Assembly (NCBI GenBank): GCA_024402765.1
Contig: JAKSTC010000003.1
Span: forward strand, 16,112 to 80,111
DNA from: Alphaproteobacteria bacterium
GTDB taxonomy: Bacteria > Pseudomonadota > Alphaproteobacteria > Rs-D84
DNA: 64,000 nt
Direction of reading: 5' to 3'
The stretch's first letter is position 1. Every line of letters begins with the position of its first letter. The translations under genes were made by a program, and so were the position numbers. Shown here piece after piece: positions 27,366 through 36,009 of the stretch. Under the pieces are notes generated by a model that saw only the letters and a program-made list of their open reading frames with translations, did no database searches and was not told the DNA's origin.

Positions 27366-28936
27366 TGGTTGAATTTTTGAACAATAATAATTCTGGTTTT
27401 AATCAGTGGAATGCAAATAAAAACGCAAAGACTAAATCTGGCGGTTTGGGTGGTTTCTTTTGGTGGCTGCTGATATTTTTAGCATCATGGTGGTTACTGT
27501 CATCATGGTTAAATCCAAATAGTAAAAAGGTTCCGGTTGATGAAACAAACGCGTCCATACCAGTTGTTGATTTGTCATCTGTACCGCAACAAAAAATTGA
27601 ATCAGATAAGATAAATGCAAATTTACAAGGCCTGCGAATTTCCAATGTAAAATTATCTGAATTTGCAGGCGGCAAATCTGATGATGTTGTTACATTAATT
27701 TCTGGTGATGGCGCATATATAGAGGTTGGGCTGACCCCAACCGGCACAACTGCGCCAGATGTAAAAACAAAATGGACGAAAAATAAAGATGGTTACACAT
27801 GGCGTAATAAGGATGGTGTTGTTTTCAATCGTGTAACAACAATAAACGATTATGTTATTACAATTACAGATAAAATAACAAATAATTCAAATCGTGATTT
27901 TGGTTTTGCGCCGTATGCAAAAATTGTTCGTGCAAATAATATGAAATCATCTGCGGGTGTTTATACGGGGGCTGTTGCGTATGCAAATAATAAACTGGAA
28001 CACAAAGATTGGGTCAGTTTTGATAAGAAATCATATGCATATTCAACAACAAATGGTTTTGCTGGGTTTGTTGATCAATATTGGGAAACAGTTGCATCAA
28101 TCGATAGCCCTGATCAAACAATGCGTATTAAAAAAGCGGGTGATTTATATAATGCTGATATTACCGCAGGCCAGGTTAGTGTTGCCCCAGGGAAAACAGA
28201 AAGCATAACAACAAACATTTATGTTGGGCCACGCGATAATACTATTTTAAAAAGTGTTGAAAATGTAATTCCTGGGATTAAAAAGAGTATTGATTACGGT
28301 TGGTTTTGGTTCCTGGCACAGCCAATGGTATGGGCATTAAACAGCTTAAACGCATTTGTTGGTAATTATGGTGTTGCGATAATTTTGTTAACGTTGTTAA
28401 TTCGTTTATTGATGTGGCCACTAACACGCAAATCATATACATCAATGATGGATATGCAAAAATTACAACCTGAAATGCAACGTATTCAAAAACTGTACGC
28501 AAATGATAAACAACGTCAACAAATTGAAATCGCACGTTTGTATCAAACACACAAAACATCGCCTATGTCGGGATGTTTGCCAATGTTGATTCAGTTGCCA
28601 ATATTCTTTGCGTTGTATAAGGCGTTATTGGTCTCAATTCAAATGAGAAATGCAAACTTTTTATGGATACACGATTTGTCCGCAATGGATCCATATTTCA
28701 TATTGCCGATTTTAATGGGTCTAACCATGTGGTTGCAACAGATTCTGCAAACACCGCAAAGCAAAACATCAGATAAAAATGATGTAGCCGCACAAACACA
28801 AAAGGTTATGAAATGGATGCCTTTATTATTTACGGTTATGTTTGCATGGATGCCGGCTGGTTTGGTTTTATATTGGACGGTATCAAATATGTTTGGCATT
28901 GGACAAATGTATTTCATAAAGAGAAATATAAAATAA
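27365..28936 (+). CDS. yidC: Membrane protein insertase YidC
   Basis: Large periplasmic domain followed by YGVAIILLTLLIRLLMWPL...MQKLQPEM. The start overlaps the lspA stop (TAATG). Confidence 0.92.
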   Translation: MVEFLNNNNSGFNQWNANKNAKTKSGGLGGFFWWLLIFLASWWLLSSWLNPNSKKVPVDETNASIPVVDLSSVPQQKIESDKINANLQGLRISNVKLSEFAGGKSDDVVTLISGDGAYIEVGLTPTGTTAPDVKTKWTKNKDGYTWRNKDGVVFNRVTTINDYVITITDKITNNSNRDFGFAPYAKIVRANNMKSSAGVYTGAVAYANNKLEHKDWVSFDKKSYAYSTTNGFAGFVDQYWETVASIDSPDQTMRIKKAGDLYNADITAGQVSVAPGKTESITTNIYVGPRDNTILKSVENVIPGIKKSIDYGWFWFLAQPMVWALNSLNAFVGNYGVAIILLTLLIRLLMWPLTRKSYTSMMDMQKLQPEMQRIQKLYANDKQRQQIEIARLYQTHKTSPMSGCLPMLIQLPIFFALYKALLVSIQMRNANFLWIHDLSAMDPYFILPILMGLTMWLQQILQTPQSKTSDKNDVAAQTQKVMKWMPLLFTVMFAWMPAGLVLYWTVSNMFGIGQMYFIKRNIK

Positions 28937-28942
28937 AAAATG

Positions 28943-28964
28943 CGCACCAACTGGTGCGTTTTTT
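28943..28964 (+). terminator. Rho-independent terminator after yidC
   Basis: CGCACC-AACT-GGTGCG followed by T6. Confidence 0.75.
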
Positions 28965-29298
28965 ATATGATATGACGATATAAACTATCGGGTGTTTGAA
29001 TAAAAATGTTTTTTATTTTTAATGCGGACTTTGCCATATCAACACATGTTCGCGCGGAATAGGGGTTAAAGTTATGCGCAATATCATATGGCAAATATAC
29101 AAATGTCCAACCAAAACGCCGCAGTTGTCCAATAGATTGATTGGATATATTTATTTTCGCAACATTGCCGCGTCGCACAAATTGATACATAATCAAATTA
29201 TTTTTGTGCGGCACAATAACAACACAATGCTTAAAATTCCGACATAAAATTTTTGGTAATATCAAAGAAGTCTTGTTTGAAAAACCTATAATAATCAT
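28963..29298 (-). CDS. Hypothetical protein (111 aa)
   Basis: ORF 21 nt downstream of the preceding small gene. His24, His31 and Cys84 are arranged in an order reminiscent of permuted NlpC/P60 (LRAT-like) enzymes, but this resemblance is very weak. Confidence 0.45.
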   Translation of the reverse strand: MIIIGFSNKTSLILPKILCRNFKHCVVIVPHKNNLIMYQFVRRGNVAKINISNQSIGQLRRFGWTFVYLPYDIAHNFNPYSARTCVDMAKSALKIKNIFIQTPDSLYRHII

Positions 29299-29319
29299 AA
29301 TAAATTTCCTTTTATATAA

Positions 29320-29667
29320 TTAATCAATCCAACCGTTTTTACGGGCAGCAATTTCAATAGTTTCCATTGCACGCCGCCATAAATCTGCGGCGCGATTTTC
29401 TGCCCAAATATATTGATGGGTGGCACGATGTTTATCACCGTATTTTTTCATCACTAATAATTGTTCGTCTGTTAGTTTGCCAGACAGGTATAATTTTGTA
29501 ATAAGTGTTTCTACATCTAATAATTCGCATGCGCGTTTATTTGACAGGTTGCTTTTTCGAACAAATCCCATCTGCACAGATTTAGAGTAAACAAACCAAA
29601 ACCACATTTGTTCTGCGCTGTGAAAGGTTTCTGATGTATAGTTTTGTTCTTTTGTTTGTGTATTCAT
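29320..29667 (-). CDS. Hypothetical protein (115 aa), possibly a helix-turn-helix protein
   Basis: ORF preceded by an AAAGGAAAGAAA RBS-like tract. The KLTDEQLLVMKKYG segment resembles sigma region 4 or LuxR-type HTH. No firm family assignment. Confidence 0.5.
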   Translation of the reverse strand: MNTQTKEQNYTSETFHSAEQMWFWFVYSKSVQMGFVRKSNLSNKRACELLDVETLITKLYLSGKLTDEQLLVMKKYGDKHRATHQYIWAENRAADLWRRAMETIEIAARKNGWID

Positions 29668-29813
29668 TTTCTTTCCTTTTGTTTTTTATGTTAAGTGTTT
29701 TTTAGACGAATATGGGAATATATTCAAAAGATACAACTTTTGGTTGAGACCAAGATTTAAAAACTGATTCGTTAAATGTGTTTTTTATTTTGTTGTGCGA
29801 ATCGTTTTTTATA

Positions 29814-29847
29814 AAAGAAATGCACATAAAAATATGTGCATTTCTTT
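29814..29847. other. Perfect 15-bp inverted repeat (hairpin or protein-binding palindrome) 18 nt after the virB10 stop
   Basis: AAAGAAATGCACATA-AAAA-TATGTGCATTTCTTT. The U-rich tract lies only on the plus-strand side. Confidence 0.6.
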
Positions 29848-29864
29848 GTTTTATATTATGCGTT

Positions 29865-32186
29865 TTATAATATTGGTGGGAAACAATCACCACCCGATGT
29901 CGGGCAACAATTAAATCCTTGGTCACCCATGTCGGTATAAACCTCACCGGTGCAACAACCGTTTATATCAGGCAGTTTGCCATCTTCACATGTAATCACA
30001 GGTGTCGTATCTGTGGATGCTGCAGGCGTGTTAAACGGATTAACAATTTTATCACCATCATATGTTAGCCCCAGAACATTAGTGTTATAGTCTTTATTGG
30101 TTGTATCATAGTTATATGTGCTGCTACCTGTTGACACCTGATTTTGATATAAGGCTTCTTGTTTTGCATTATTTATCGCCTTATAATTAGATGCCTGGCA
30201 ATATGCCAACACAGTTCTGTAATCGTAACCCTTTAACTGCATTTCTATAATTAGTCCTTCGTCTGTGGTTGCTGTCCACGCACCACTGTCATTTTTTACA
30301 CACCATTCATCTGGAATATTAAACGAACGAACCTGACCAATCCAGCTTCCATCAGAATAGTTTGGCTCTGGGGCTGCGTCTTTCATAACTTCACTCCAAT
30401 TACGACGTGGATTTGTACCGTATGTTGTGATATTGCACTCTTTTGAACTTTCTTCACCACATGTTACAATTAAATCAACAGGCGAATATACGGTTATACG
30501 CGTTCCCGCGGCAATTGAAAATGGTGGGGTTGTATTATTTAATGCATCAACTAATAATTTTTGTGCAACCTGGTTCCAGGCGGTTATAACCTCATTCTTG
30601 GCCAGTTCTGACGAACGCACAGTTCCACTTTGGACAACGGTATTATTATCCAAATCAATTTGATTAACAAATGTATCTGCAATTGGTGCAATTAAATTCA
30701 CCGCCGCCGGAACCATTGCTGTTAATAATGGCATAACAATTTGTTCAACATAATCGGTACTGCCATGTCCGGGGACACCAACACGACCCTGGGCATCCGC
30801 AGAATATGGATCCTGGGTTATTTTCGAAAAATTAAATTCTACACCATCTGGGCGAATAAATTGATACCAATTTATTTGCATACGACCAACGGCCTTGTAA
30901 GGGCCTGGGATAGTCCCGGTTAAATATCCCAACAACAAAGTCCCAGCAGGTAAAATAATTGTGCGACCATTATCAGAATAAACATTTCTATCCACCGTTG
31001 CACGAACAGGCATTCCCCTGCCTTCTGTATAAACACTGGGGTCTGCGCGTATTTCAGATACAATCGTTGCAGGAATTGGTTTGAATTGACGTAATATAAA
31101 TGTTCGATCATACGGACGCGATGATACTATAGACTCGTTCTTGGCTGCTGATCCCAGATATTTGTCTTTTTCTATTGGATTTTCTTTTGCAACATGTCCC
31201 ATTTCACCATATTTACGATTTTTTTGATTTATCGCCACAGTTGTTGATTGACGTTTTTGCAGTTGTGGTAATGTGCCATTTCCAATAATTGAATAACCAA
31301 TATGTTCTGCATCTGTTCCAATTTTCTTACCACGGTTATCAATATCTGTAATTATGCCATTGTCGGGATTATAAATACCTGTTGGGTCATTACAATCTTT
31401 GTCATCAAAAGGATGAAAATAGTATGTGCCACCCTCTGGTTTTATCCAACCAATTTGCACCCCCGATGTATCATAGCCGGGCAGGGCAAAATCAGAACAT
31501 GCCTCTGGCACCTGTTTCACAGGTTCGGGTTCAAATTTTTGAATAACAGGGGCAATATCCTGGACCGCACGTACAACCTCTTGCTTAATGGGGGTGGGTT
31601 CATACTTTACCTCTGGCTCTTCATACTCTATCTCTGGTTCTGGGATAATAACGGGTTCTATTTTTACGGGTTCTGCAACCTTGGTTTGTTTGGCACCAAT
31701 TTTGATTTTTATTGGCGTTTTTTGTATCATGTCCGGTCTATCATTCACCGCATGCCATATAACATTAGCCGTAATATCAGTATTTTTATATTCAGATGTT
31801 GGCTTGTATTCAAATGTTATTTTACATTTCATTTTTGCGGTTATCTCTGAACGTATTGTACAGGTATCACTTACCGTTAATCCTGGAACATCAGATGCAT
31901 CAATGTTTTCAACCTTAATAGGTGCATTTGTTGATAAAACAATGGTGGCATTTGGTTTTGGATTATCTATATCTGTATCAGAAAAATCAATATTATCAGG
32001 TGTAACAGTAACCATAATTGGTTGATTTTGTGTTGTCGCTGGCACATCTTCTTTGGTTTTTTTATTGGTCAGTAATAATGTTAACAATATTATTACAACA
32101 ACAAATGCCGCCGCCAACAACAGCCACATGGACCCCTTGGGCATACTATTACGCAAATTATTAAATTTTTCTTTTATTTTGTTCAT
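29865..32186 (-). CDS. virB10: VirB10/TrbI-family T4SS core protein with an enlarged N-terminal region and a ~210-aa Cys-rich C-terminal extension
   Basis: N-terminal TM segment and a Pro/Glu-rich tract (EPVKIEPVIIPEPEIEYEEPEVKYEPTP). TrbI core: IPATIVSEIRAD...RNVYSDNGRTIILPAGTLLLGYLTG...GRMQINWYQFIRPDGVEF...DAQGRVGVPGHGSTDYVEQIV. Confidence 0.85.
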   Translation of the reverse strand: MNKIKEKFNNLRNSMPKGSMWLLLAAAFVVVIILLTLLLTNKKTKEDVPATTQNQPIMVTVTPDNIDFSDTDIDNPKPNATIVLSTNAPIKVENIDASDVPGLTVSDTCTIRSEITAKMKCKITFEYKPTSEYKNTDITANVIWHAVNDRPDMIQKTPIKIKIGAKQTKVAEPVKIEPVIIPEPEIEYEEPEVKYEPTPIKQEVVRAVQDIAPVIQKFEPEPVKQVPEACSDFALPGYDTSGVQIGWIKPEGGTYYFHPFDDKDCNDPTGIYNPDNGIITDIDNRGKKIGTDAEHIGYSIIGNGTLPQLQKRQSTTVAINQKNRKYGEMGHVAKENPIEKDKYLGSAAKNESIVSSRPYDRTFILRQFKPIPATIVSEIRADPSVYTEGRGMPVRATVDRNVYSDNGRTIILPAGTLLLGYLTGTIPGPYKAVGRMQINWYQFIRPDGVEFNFSKITQDPYSADAQGRVGVPGHGSTDYVEQIVMPLLTAMVPAAVNLIAPIADTFVNQIDLDNNTVVQSGTVRSSELAKNEVITAWNQVAQKLLVDALNNTTPPFSIAAGTRITVYSPVDLIVTCGEESSKECNITTYGTNPRRNWSEVMKDAAPEPNYSDGSWIGQVRSFNIPDEWCVKNDSGAWTATTDEGLIIEMQLKGYDYRTVLAYCQASNYKAINNAKQEALYQNQVSTGSSTYNYDTTNKDYNTNVLGLTYDGDKIVNPFNTPAASTDTTPVITCEDGKLPDINGCCTGEVYTDMGDQGFNCCPTSGGDCFPPIL

Positions 32187-32204
32187 TTATTTACCTGCAA
32201 ATTA

Positions 32205-33674
32205 TTATTGAACCCGAACAACATGACATGTTGCACCACTGAACTTTAATAACTGATCACACAATTTTTGTGCAGTATCTATATCAGACATTGGTCCAAT
32301 GCGCAGACGATACAAACGTGCGGTTGATGCGGTTGAACCCAGTTCACTAACACCCTGTTCGTCTACAGCAAAGAATACCATATTTTTGTACGGTGTAAGT
32401 AAGCCTGAACCCGAATCGCCACTGAATTTAGCAAGTAACCCTGTCCAGTAATCATCCAATGCCTTAACAGACGTATCTGACTTTAATTCCACAGCAATTC
32501 CTGCCTGGTTACTGGATATAAGTGGTATGTTTGATTGTGGCAAATACGAACCTGCTGTTTCACGTGCAGTTGGTATCATCGACAACCCAGACGCGCCGCC
32601 CGCATACGCAGGTGTGTATTGATTATTAGAAACATACATCGGTGTTCCTGTATAATTGTTCACAGACGCATCCATTGCATACATATCTGTATTATATGCG
32701 ATGTTGTTTAATGATTGGTTGGACATCATACTTTGGGCAACATTAGCCTCTGCCAACGCCATCACACTCGCAGTATCTGCAATCAAGAAAGGTTTTGCAC
32801 GCTTTTTGATACAGACAACGCGTTGCCCACTGCGCAGAACCATATCACCAACAGCCTCTACTATTAATAAACGACTATCTTCGCCATCGGTTCTGAAACT
32901 AACCGGGGATTCGCCACCCTCGACCAACAATGAAACAACTGGGCGTTGCGTCATTGCAATAACTTTATCCCCGAAATCAATATATGTGAATACGCGGTCG
33001 CGCCATACACGTTCAGGTGCAATCACATAGTCATCAGGGTTTGGAACAAATATATCCAAATCAAATCTAAATTCAGATGGATCAATCTTCATAGATTTTA
33101 TCCAGCCATAATCTTCGCCATCAACCCCAACTGTATTGGATGTTGTTTTCTTTTTATTAAATATAGAACCCATAGAACCGCTGGTGGTGTTGGCATTCGT
33201 TGCGCCTGCGATAACACCGTTACCGTCCAATACAACATCAACCTGGGAATAGGCAACCTCACTCGAATTAATAGGAACTGCGGTCAGATAGAAAATATAT
33301 TTATTGCCAGATTGACCCATAACAATCATATTCGTGCTGACACCCTCTGTTCCGCCCTGGGGGGTAATAAACATTGTGCGCTCACCCTGGGTTGTTTCGA
33401 CATTAAACAAACTATTGTCACCAACAACAGCATCAGCGATTTGTTCGCCATTTGGCAATGATAACATCGTAACCATACCTGCGCGTAATTTTACAGGTAA
33501 TACAGATCCCTGGGACCAAGACAGTTGTGCGTATCCTGGTTTAACACTGCCCGCCGCCATATTGGCATTTGCATCATCCCAAGAAAAACTATAATCTTCG
33601 GAATACGCAGGAAACGCAATTGCCGTCAATATGCAAATCAAAGATGTACTAAATAATTTGTTCGATATTTTCAT
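32205..33674 (-). CDS. virB9: VirB9/TrbG-family T4SS outer-membrane core protein fused to a C-terminal SPOR domain
   Basis: Signal peptide (ILTAIAFPAYS-ED). N-domain LSLPNGEQIADAVVGDNSLFNVE...MFITP...NKYIFYLTA. C-domain APERVWRDRVFTYIDFGD...VCIKKR. A low-complexity linker follows. Final ~95 aa: LYRLRIGPMSDIDTAQKLCDQLLKFSGATCHVVRVQ. ATG 33674 is preceded by AAGGAAAGGA. Confidence 0.85.
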   Translation of the reverse strand: MKISNKLFSTSLICILTAIAFPAYSEDYSFSWDDANANMAAGSVKPGYAQLSWSQGSVLPVKLRAGMVTMLSLPNGEQIADAVVGDNSLFNVETTQGERTMFITPQGGTEGVSTNMIVMGQSGNKYIFYLTAVPINSSEVAYSQVDVVLDGNGVIAGATNANTTSGSMGSIFNKKKTTSNTVGVDGEDYGWIKSMKIDPSEFRFDLDIFVPNPDDYVIAPERVWRDRVFTYIDFGDKVIAMTQRPVVSLLVEGGESPVSFRTDGEDSRLLIVEAVGDMVLRSGQRVVCIKKRAKPFLIADTASVMALAEANVAQSMMSNQSLNNIAYNTDMYAMDASVNNYTGTPMYVSNNQYTPAYAGGASGLSMIPTARETAGSYLPQSNIPLISSNQAGIAVELKSDTSVKALDDYWTGLLAKFSGDSGSGLLTPYKNMVFFAVDEQGVSELGSTASTARLYRLRIGPMSDIDTAQKLCDQLLKFSGATCHVVRVQ

Positions 33675-33697
33675 TTTCCTTTCCTTCTTTTTTCTTT

Positions 33698-34378
33698 TTA
33701 ATTCCACGTCGTTTTGGATAATGGATCGCCATTATCATCCAAATGGTTATATTCTATAACCTTTATGCCCAATGGATTGTCTAACCTGTCTACCCATTTT
33801 ATAGTCATATCTCCTTCTGCTTGTAACTTTACATGTATTCTATAATCTTTACTATGTGTTTGTCCATTTAAATTGCAATCATAATAAAAATGAACTTCGT
33901 ACTCATCTTTTGTGCGGGAACCTGCATATGGAATAACCGAATAAGATTCTGGAAAATTGACCCGACACGTAAAAGCAGGCAATGCTATATGTTGTGTAAT
34001 CGAAGTCATAATCGCACTCCACATATCTGTATCAGAAAATGTTGCCCAAACATCATCGCCAGATAAAGTATGAACAATGCCATCCCTATCATTCCATTTT
34101 TTTTGCATAGCCAAGGCATCTGGTGAAATTTCGTTCCTTGCTTTTACATATTCACGGATAAATTCTGTTTTATAGGTTTCAATATTGCCGGGCATTTCTG
34201 TGAGTCTAACTTCGGTATTTTCGGCAGGAACTCCCTCTAAGAAAAAGATTTGTGGACGTTCAACAGGGAACATTTTTACCAAAGTTATAACCAACACAAC
34301 CAACACGACCACCGCGGTGGTTAATATAAATGTCAAAATGCGCGACATCAAAAATGGCGGTTCCATGCGGGTTTGCAT
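33698..34378 (-). CDS. virB8: VirB8-like T4SS inner-membrane protein
   Basis: 226 aa with a single N-terminal TM segment and a ~185-aa periplasmic domain. EFIREYVKARNE resembles the VirB8 YV..RE region. It lies directly upstream of virB9. GGGGGAG RBS. Confidence 0.6.
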   Translation of the reverse strand: MQTRMEPPFLMSRILTFILTTAVVVLVVLVITLVKMFPVERPQIFFLEGVPAENTEVRLTEMPGNIETYKTEFIREYVKARNEISPDALAMQKKWNDRDGIVHTLSGDDVWATFSDTDMWSAIMTSITQHIALPAFTCRVNFPESYSVIPYAGSRTKDEYEVHFYYDCNLNGQTHSKDYRIHVKLQAEGDMTIKWVDRLDNPLGIKVIEYNHLDDNGDPLSKTTWN

Positions 34379-34537
34379 AGTTTTCTCCCCCTGTTATCAA
34401 GATGATTGTAGACAAAAAGATAGTGGTGTTGCAAGTAAAAAATGCGAAGTTTTTTTGATAAAATATCAAACAAAATTATTGTTCTAATGTAAAAATGTGC
34501 TTGTGTAAAAAAAATAAATGCATTATAATATTTCCAC

Positions 34538-34565
34538 TTGATTTTTTGTATAGGTGTGCTATCTT
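34538..34565 (+). promoter_or_regulatory. Promoter candidate for tRNA-Trp and secE-nusG
   Basis: TTGATT, 16-nt spacer, TATCTT, about 40 nt upstream of the tRNA. Confidence 0.3.
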
Positions 34566-34607
34566 GGCACGGACTATCGGGGTATAGGGTTGTAAATGGC
34601 AGGTCTT

Positions 34608-34681
34608 AGGGGCATAGTTCAACGGTAGAATATCGGTCTCCAAAACCGCGGATAAGGGTTCGATTCCTTTTGCCCCTGCCA
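34608..34681 (+). tRNA. tRNA-Trp, anticodon CCA, CCA encoded
   Basis: AGGGGCA-TA-GTTC-AACGGTA-GAAT-A-TCGGT-CTCCAAA-ACCGC-GGAT-AAGGG-TTCGATT-CCTTT-TGCCCCT-G-CCA. It closely parallels E. coli tRNA-Trp and has the canonical position before secE-nusG. Confidence 0.92.
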
Positions 34682-34736
34682 GATTTGTAGGGTTTATAAC
34701 TTTGGCGTGATAGTATAGGAAAAAGTTGGAAAAAGT

Positions 34737-34916
34737 ATGAAAAAAATACTGGAATATATTCAATCGGTACGCAGTGAATGGTTCAAAATAGTATGGCCAT
34801 CACGCGATAGTGTTGTCCGTGCAACTATTATGATTCTGGTTTTTTCAGGGTTGGCGGCACTGTTCTTCTTTTTGGTGGATTGGGTGTTAAACGCAATTGT
34901 TAGTTGGATTTTCTAA
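34737..34916 (+). CDS. secE: Preprotein translocase subunit SecE (59 aa; below the ORF-track size cut-off)
   Basis: Hand translation: MKKILEYIQSVRSEWFKIVWPSRDSVVRATIMILVFSGLAALFFFLVDWVLNAIVSWIF. It has the V.WP motif and one TM segment, and lies between tRNA-Trp and nusG. Confidence 0.88.
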   Translation: MKKILEYIQSVRSEWFKIVWPSRDSVVRATIMILVFSGLAALFFFLVDWVLNAIVSWIF

Positions 34917-34933
34917 AACGACAGGGGATATAA

Positions 34934-35467
34934 ATGGAAGATAAAATGCAGTGGTTTGTTGTAAATGTTCATACCGGATGCGAAGATAAGGTCGCACGTG
35001 GCATTCGTGAACAGGTTGATAAACGTCGCCTTAACGCTTATTTCGGGGAAATTTTGGTTCCAACACGTGAAGTGATGGAGGTTAAGGCCGGTAAACGCGT
35101 TAAAACGGAAAAAAAGTTTTTCCCAGGTTATATTGTTGTTCAAATGGTTATGAACAATGAAACATTCTCGTTGGTTAAATTGATGCCCCAGGTTGTTATG
35201 TTTTTGGGTGCAAAACAAAAGCCAATTGCTGTCACCGAAGAAGAGGCCCGTCGTTTGTTGAAACAGGTCGAAGAAGGTTCTGTTATCACGGATGAAACAG
35301 TGTATGAAGTTGGACAAGAAGTTCACGTTATTGATGGCCCATTTAACGGCTTTAATGGTATTGTTGCCGAAGTGGACAATGTGAAACAAAAAATGACCGC
35401 AACTATTTTGGTGTTCGGTCGTGAAACCAGTGTGGAACTTGATTTTACACAGGTAGAAAGAGTTTAA
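34934..35467 (+). CDS. nusG: Transcription termination/antitermination factor NusG
   Basis: WFVVNVHTGCEDKV NGN domain and a KOW motif (VGQEVHVIDGPFNGFNGIV). Confidence 0.95.
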   Translation: MEDKMQWFVVNVHTGCEDKVARGIREQVDKRRLNAYFGEILVPTREVMEVKAGKRVKTEKKFFPGYIVVQMVMNNETFSLVKLMPQVVMFLGAKQKPIAVTEEEARRLLKQVEEGSVITDETVYEVGQEVHVIDGPFNGFNGIVAEVDNVKQKMTATILVFGRETSVELDFTQVERV

Positions 35468-35574
35468 TGAGAGTTTTTGCGACCAAAAAGTCGCAGAAAT
35501 TGTGGTAGATACGCCATATCGGACCACAACACAACCAAGGATGCATAACGCATCACAACAAATGGAGTGAAAAC

Positions 35575-36006
35575 ATGGCAAAAAAAGAACTTAAAGGGAT
35601 TGTTAAATTAGTCGTCCCTGCAAAACAAGCAAATCCTGCGCCACCAATTGGTCCTGCGCTGGGTGCGGCGGGTGTTAATATCGCCGAATTCTGTAAACAA
35701 TTTAATGACCAAACTGCTGATAAAGAACCTGGAATGCCAATTCCATGTATCATCACAGTTTATACAGATCGCACTTTCGAATTTATTATGAAATTGCCAC
35801 CTGTGTCATACTTTATTAAAAAGGCATTAAAATTGAAAACTGGTTCACATAAACCAGGTCGTGATTTTGTTGGCACAATAACCAAAGACCAAATCAAACA
35901 AATTGCGCAAGATAAAATGCCTGACTTAAACTGCTCTACCATTGAATCTGCGATGAATATCGTTGCTGGTCAATGCCGTTCTATGGGCGTAAAGGTGGAG
36001 GGTTAA
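35575..36006 (+). CDS. rplK: 50S ribosomal protein L11
   Basis: [21 protein letters not shown] signature. Confidence 0.97.
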   Translation: MAKKELKGIVKLVVPAKQANPAPPIGPALGAAGVNIAEFCKQFNDQTADKEPGMPIPCIITVYTDRTFEFIMKLPPVSYFIKKALKLKTGSHKPGRDFVGTITKDQIKQIAQDKMPDLNCSTIESAMNIVAGQCRSMGVKVEG

Positions 36007-36009
36007 GAT

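Noticed and set aside
29814-29847. Canonical intrinsic terminator for virB10
   Set aside because: The stem is perfect, but on the minus (virB10) strand it is followed by UAUAAAAAACG, not a U-tract. The U-rich side is on the plus strand, where no gene ends. It is kept only as a hairpin/palindrome.
31302-33461. Several 120-180-aa plus-strand ORFs (31302-31850, 31588-32025, 32656-33030, 32946-33461)
   Set aside because: They are antisense to virB10 and virB9, whose family signatures are clear. They have no RBS and no recognisable motifs.
34913-35581. 222-aa ORF on the minus strand
   Set aside because: It is entirely antisense to nusG, which has unmistakable NGN/KOW motifs. The antisense product is Phe/Asn/Cys/His-rich with no motif. 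It is a shadow ORF.
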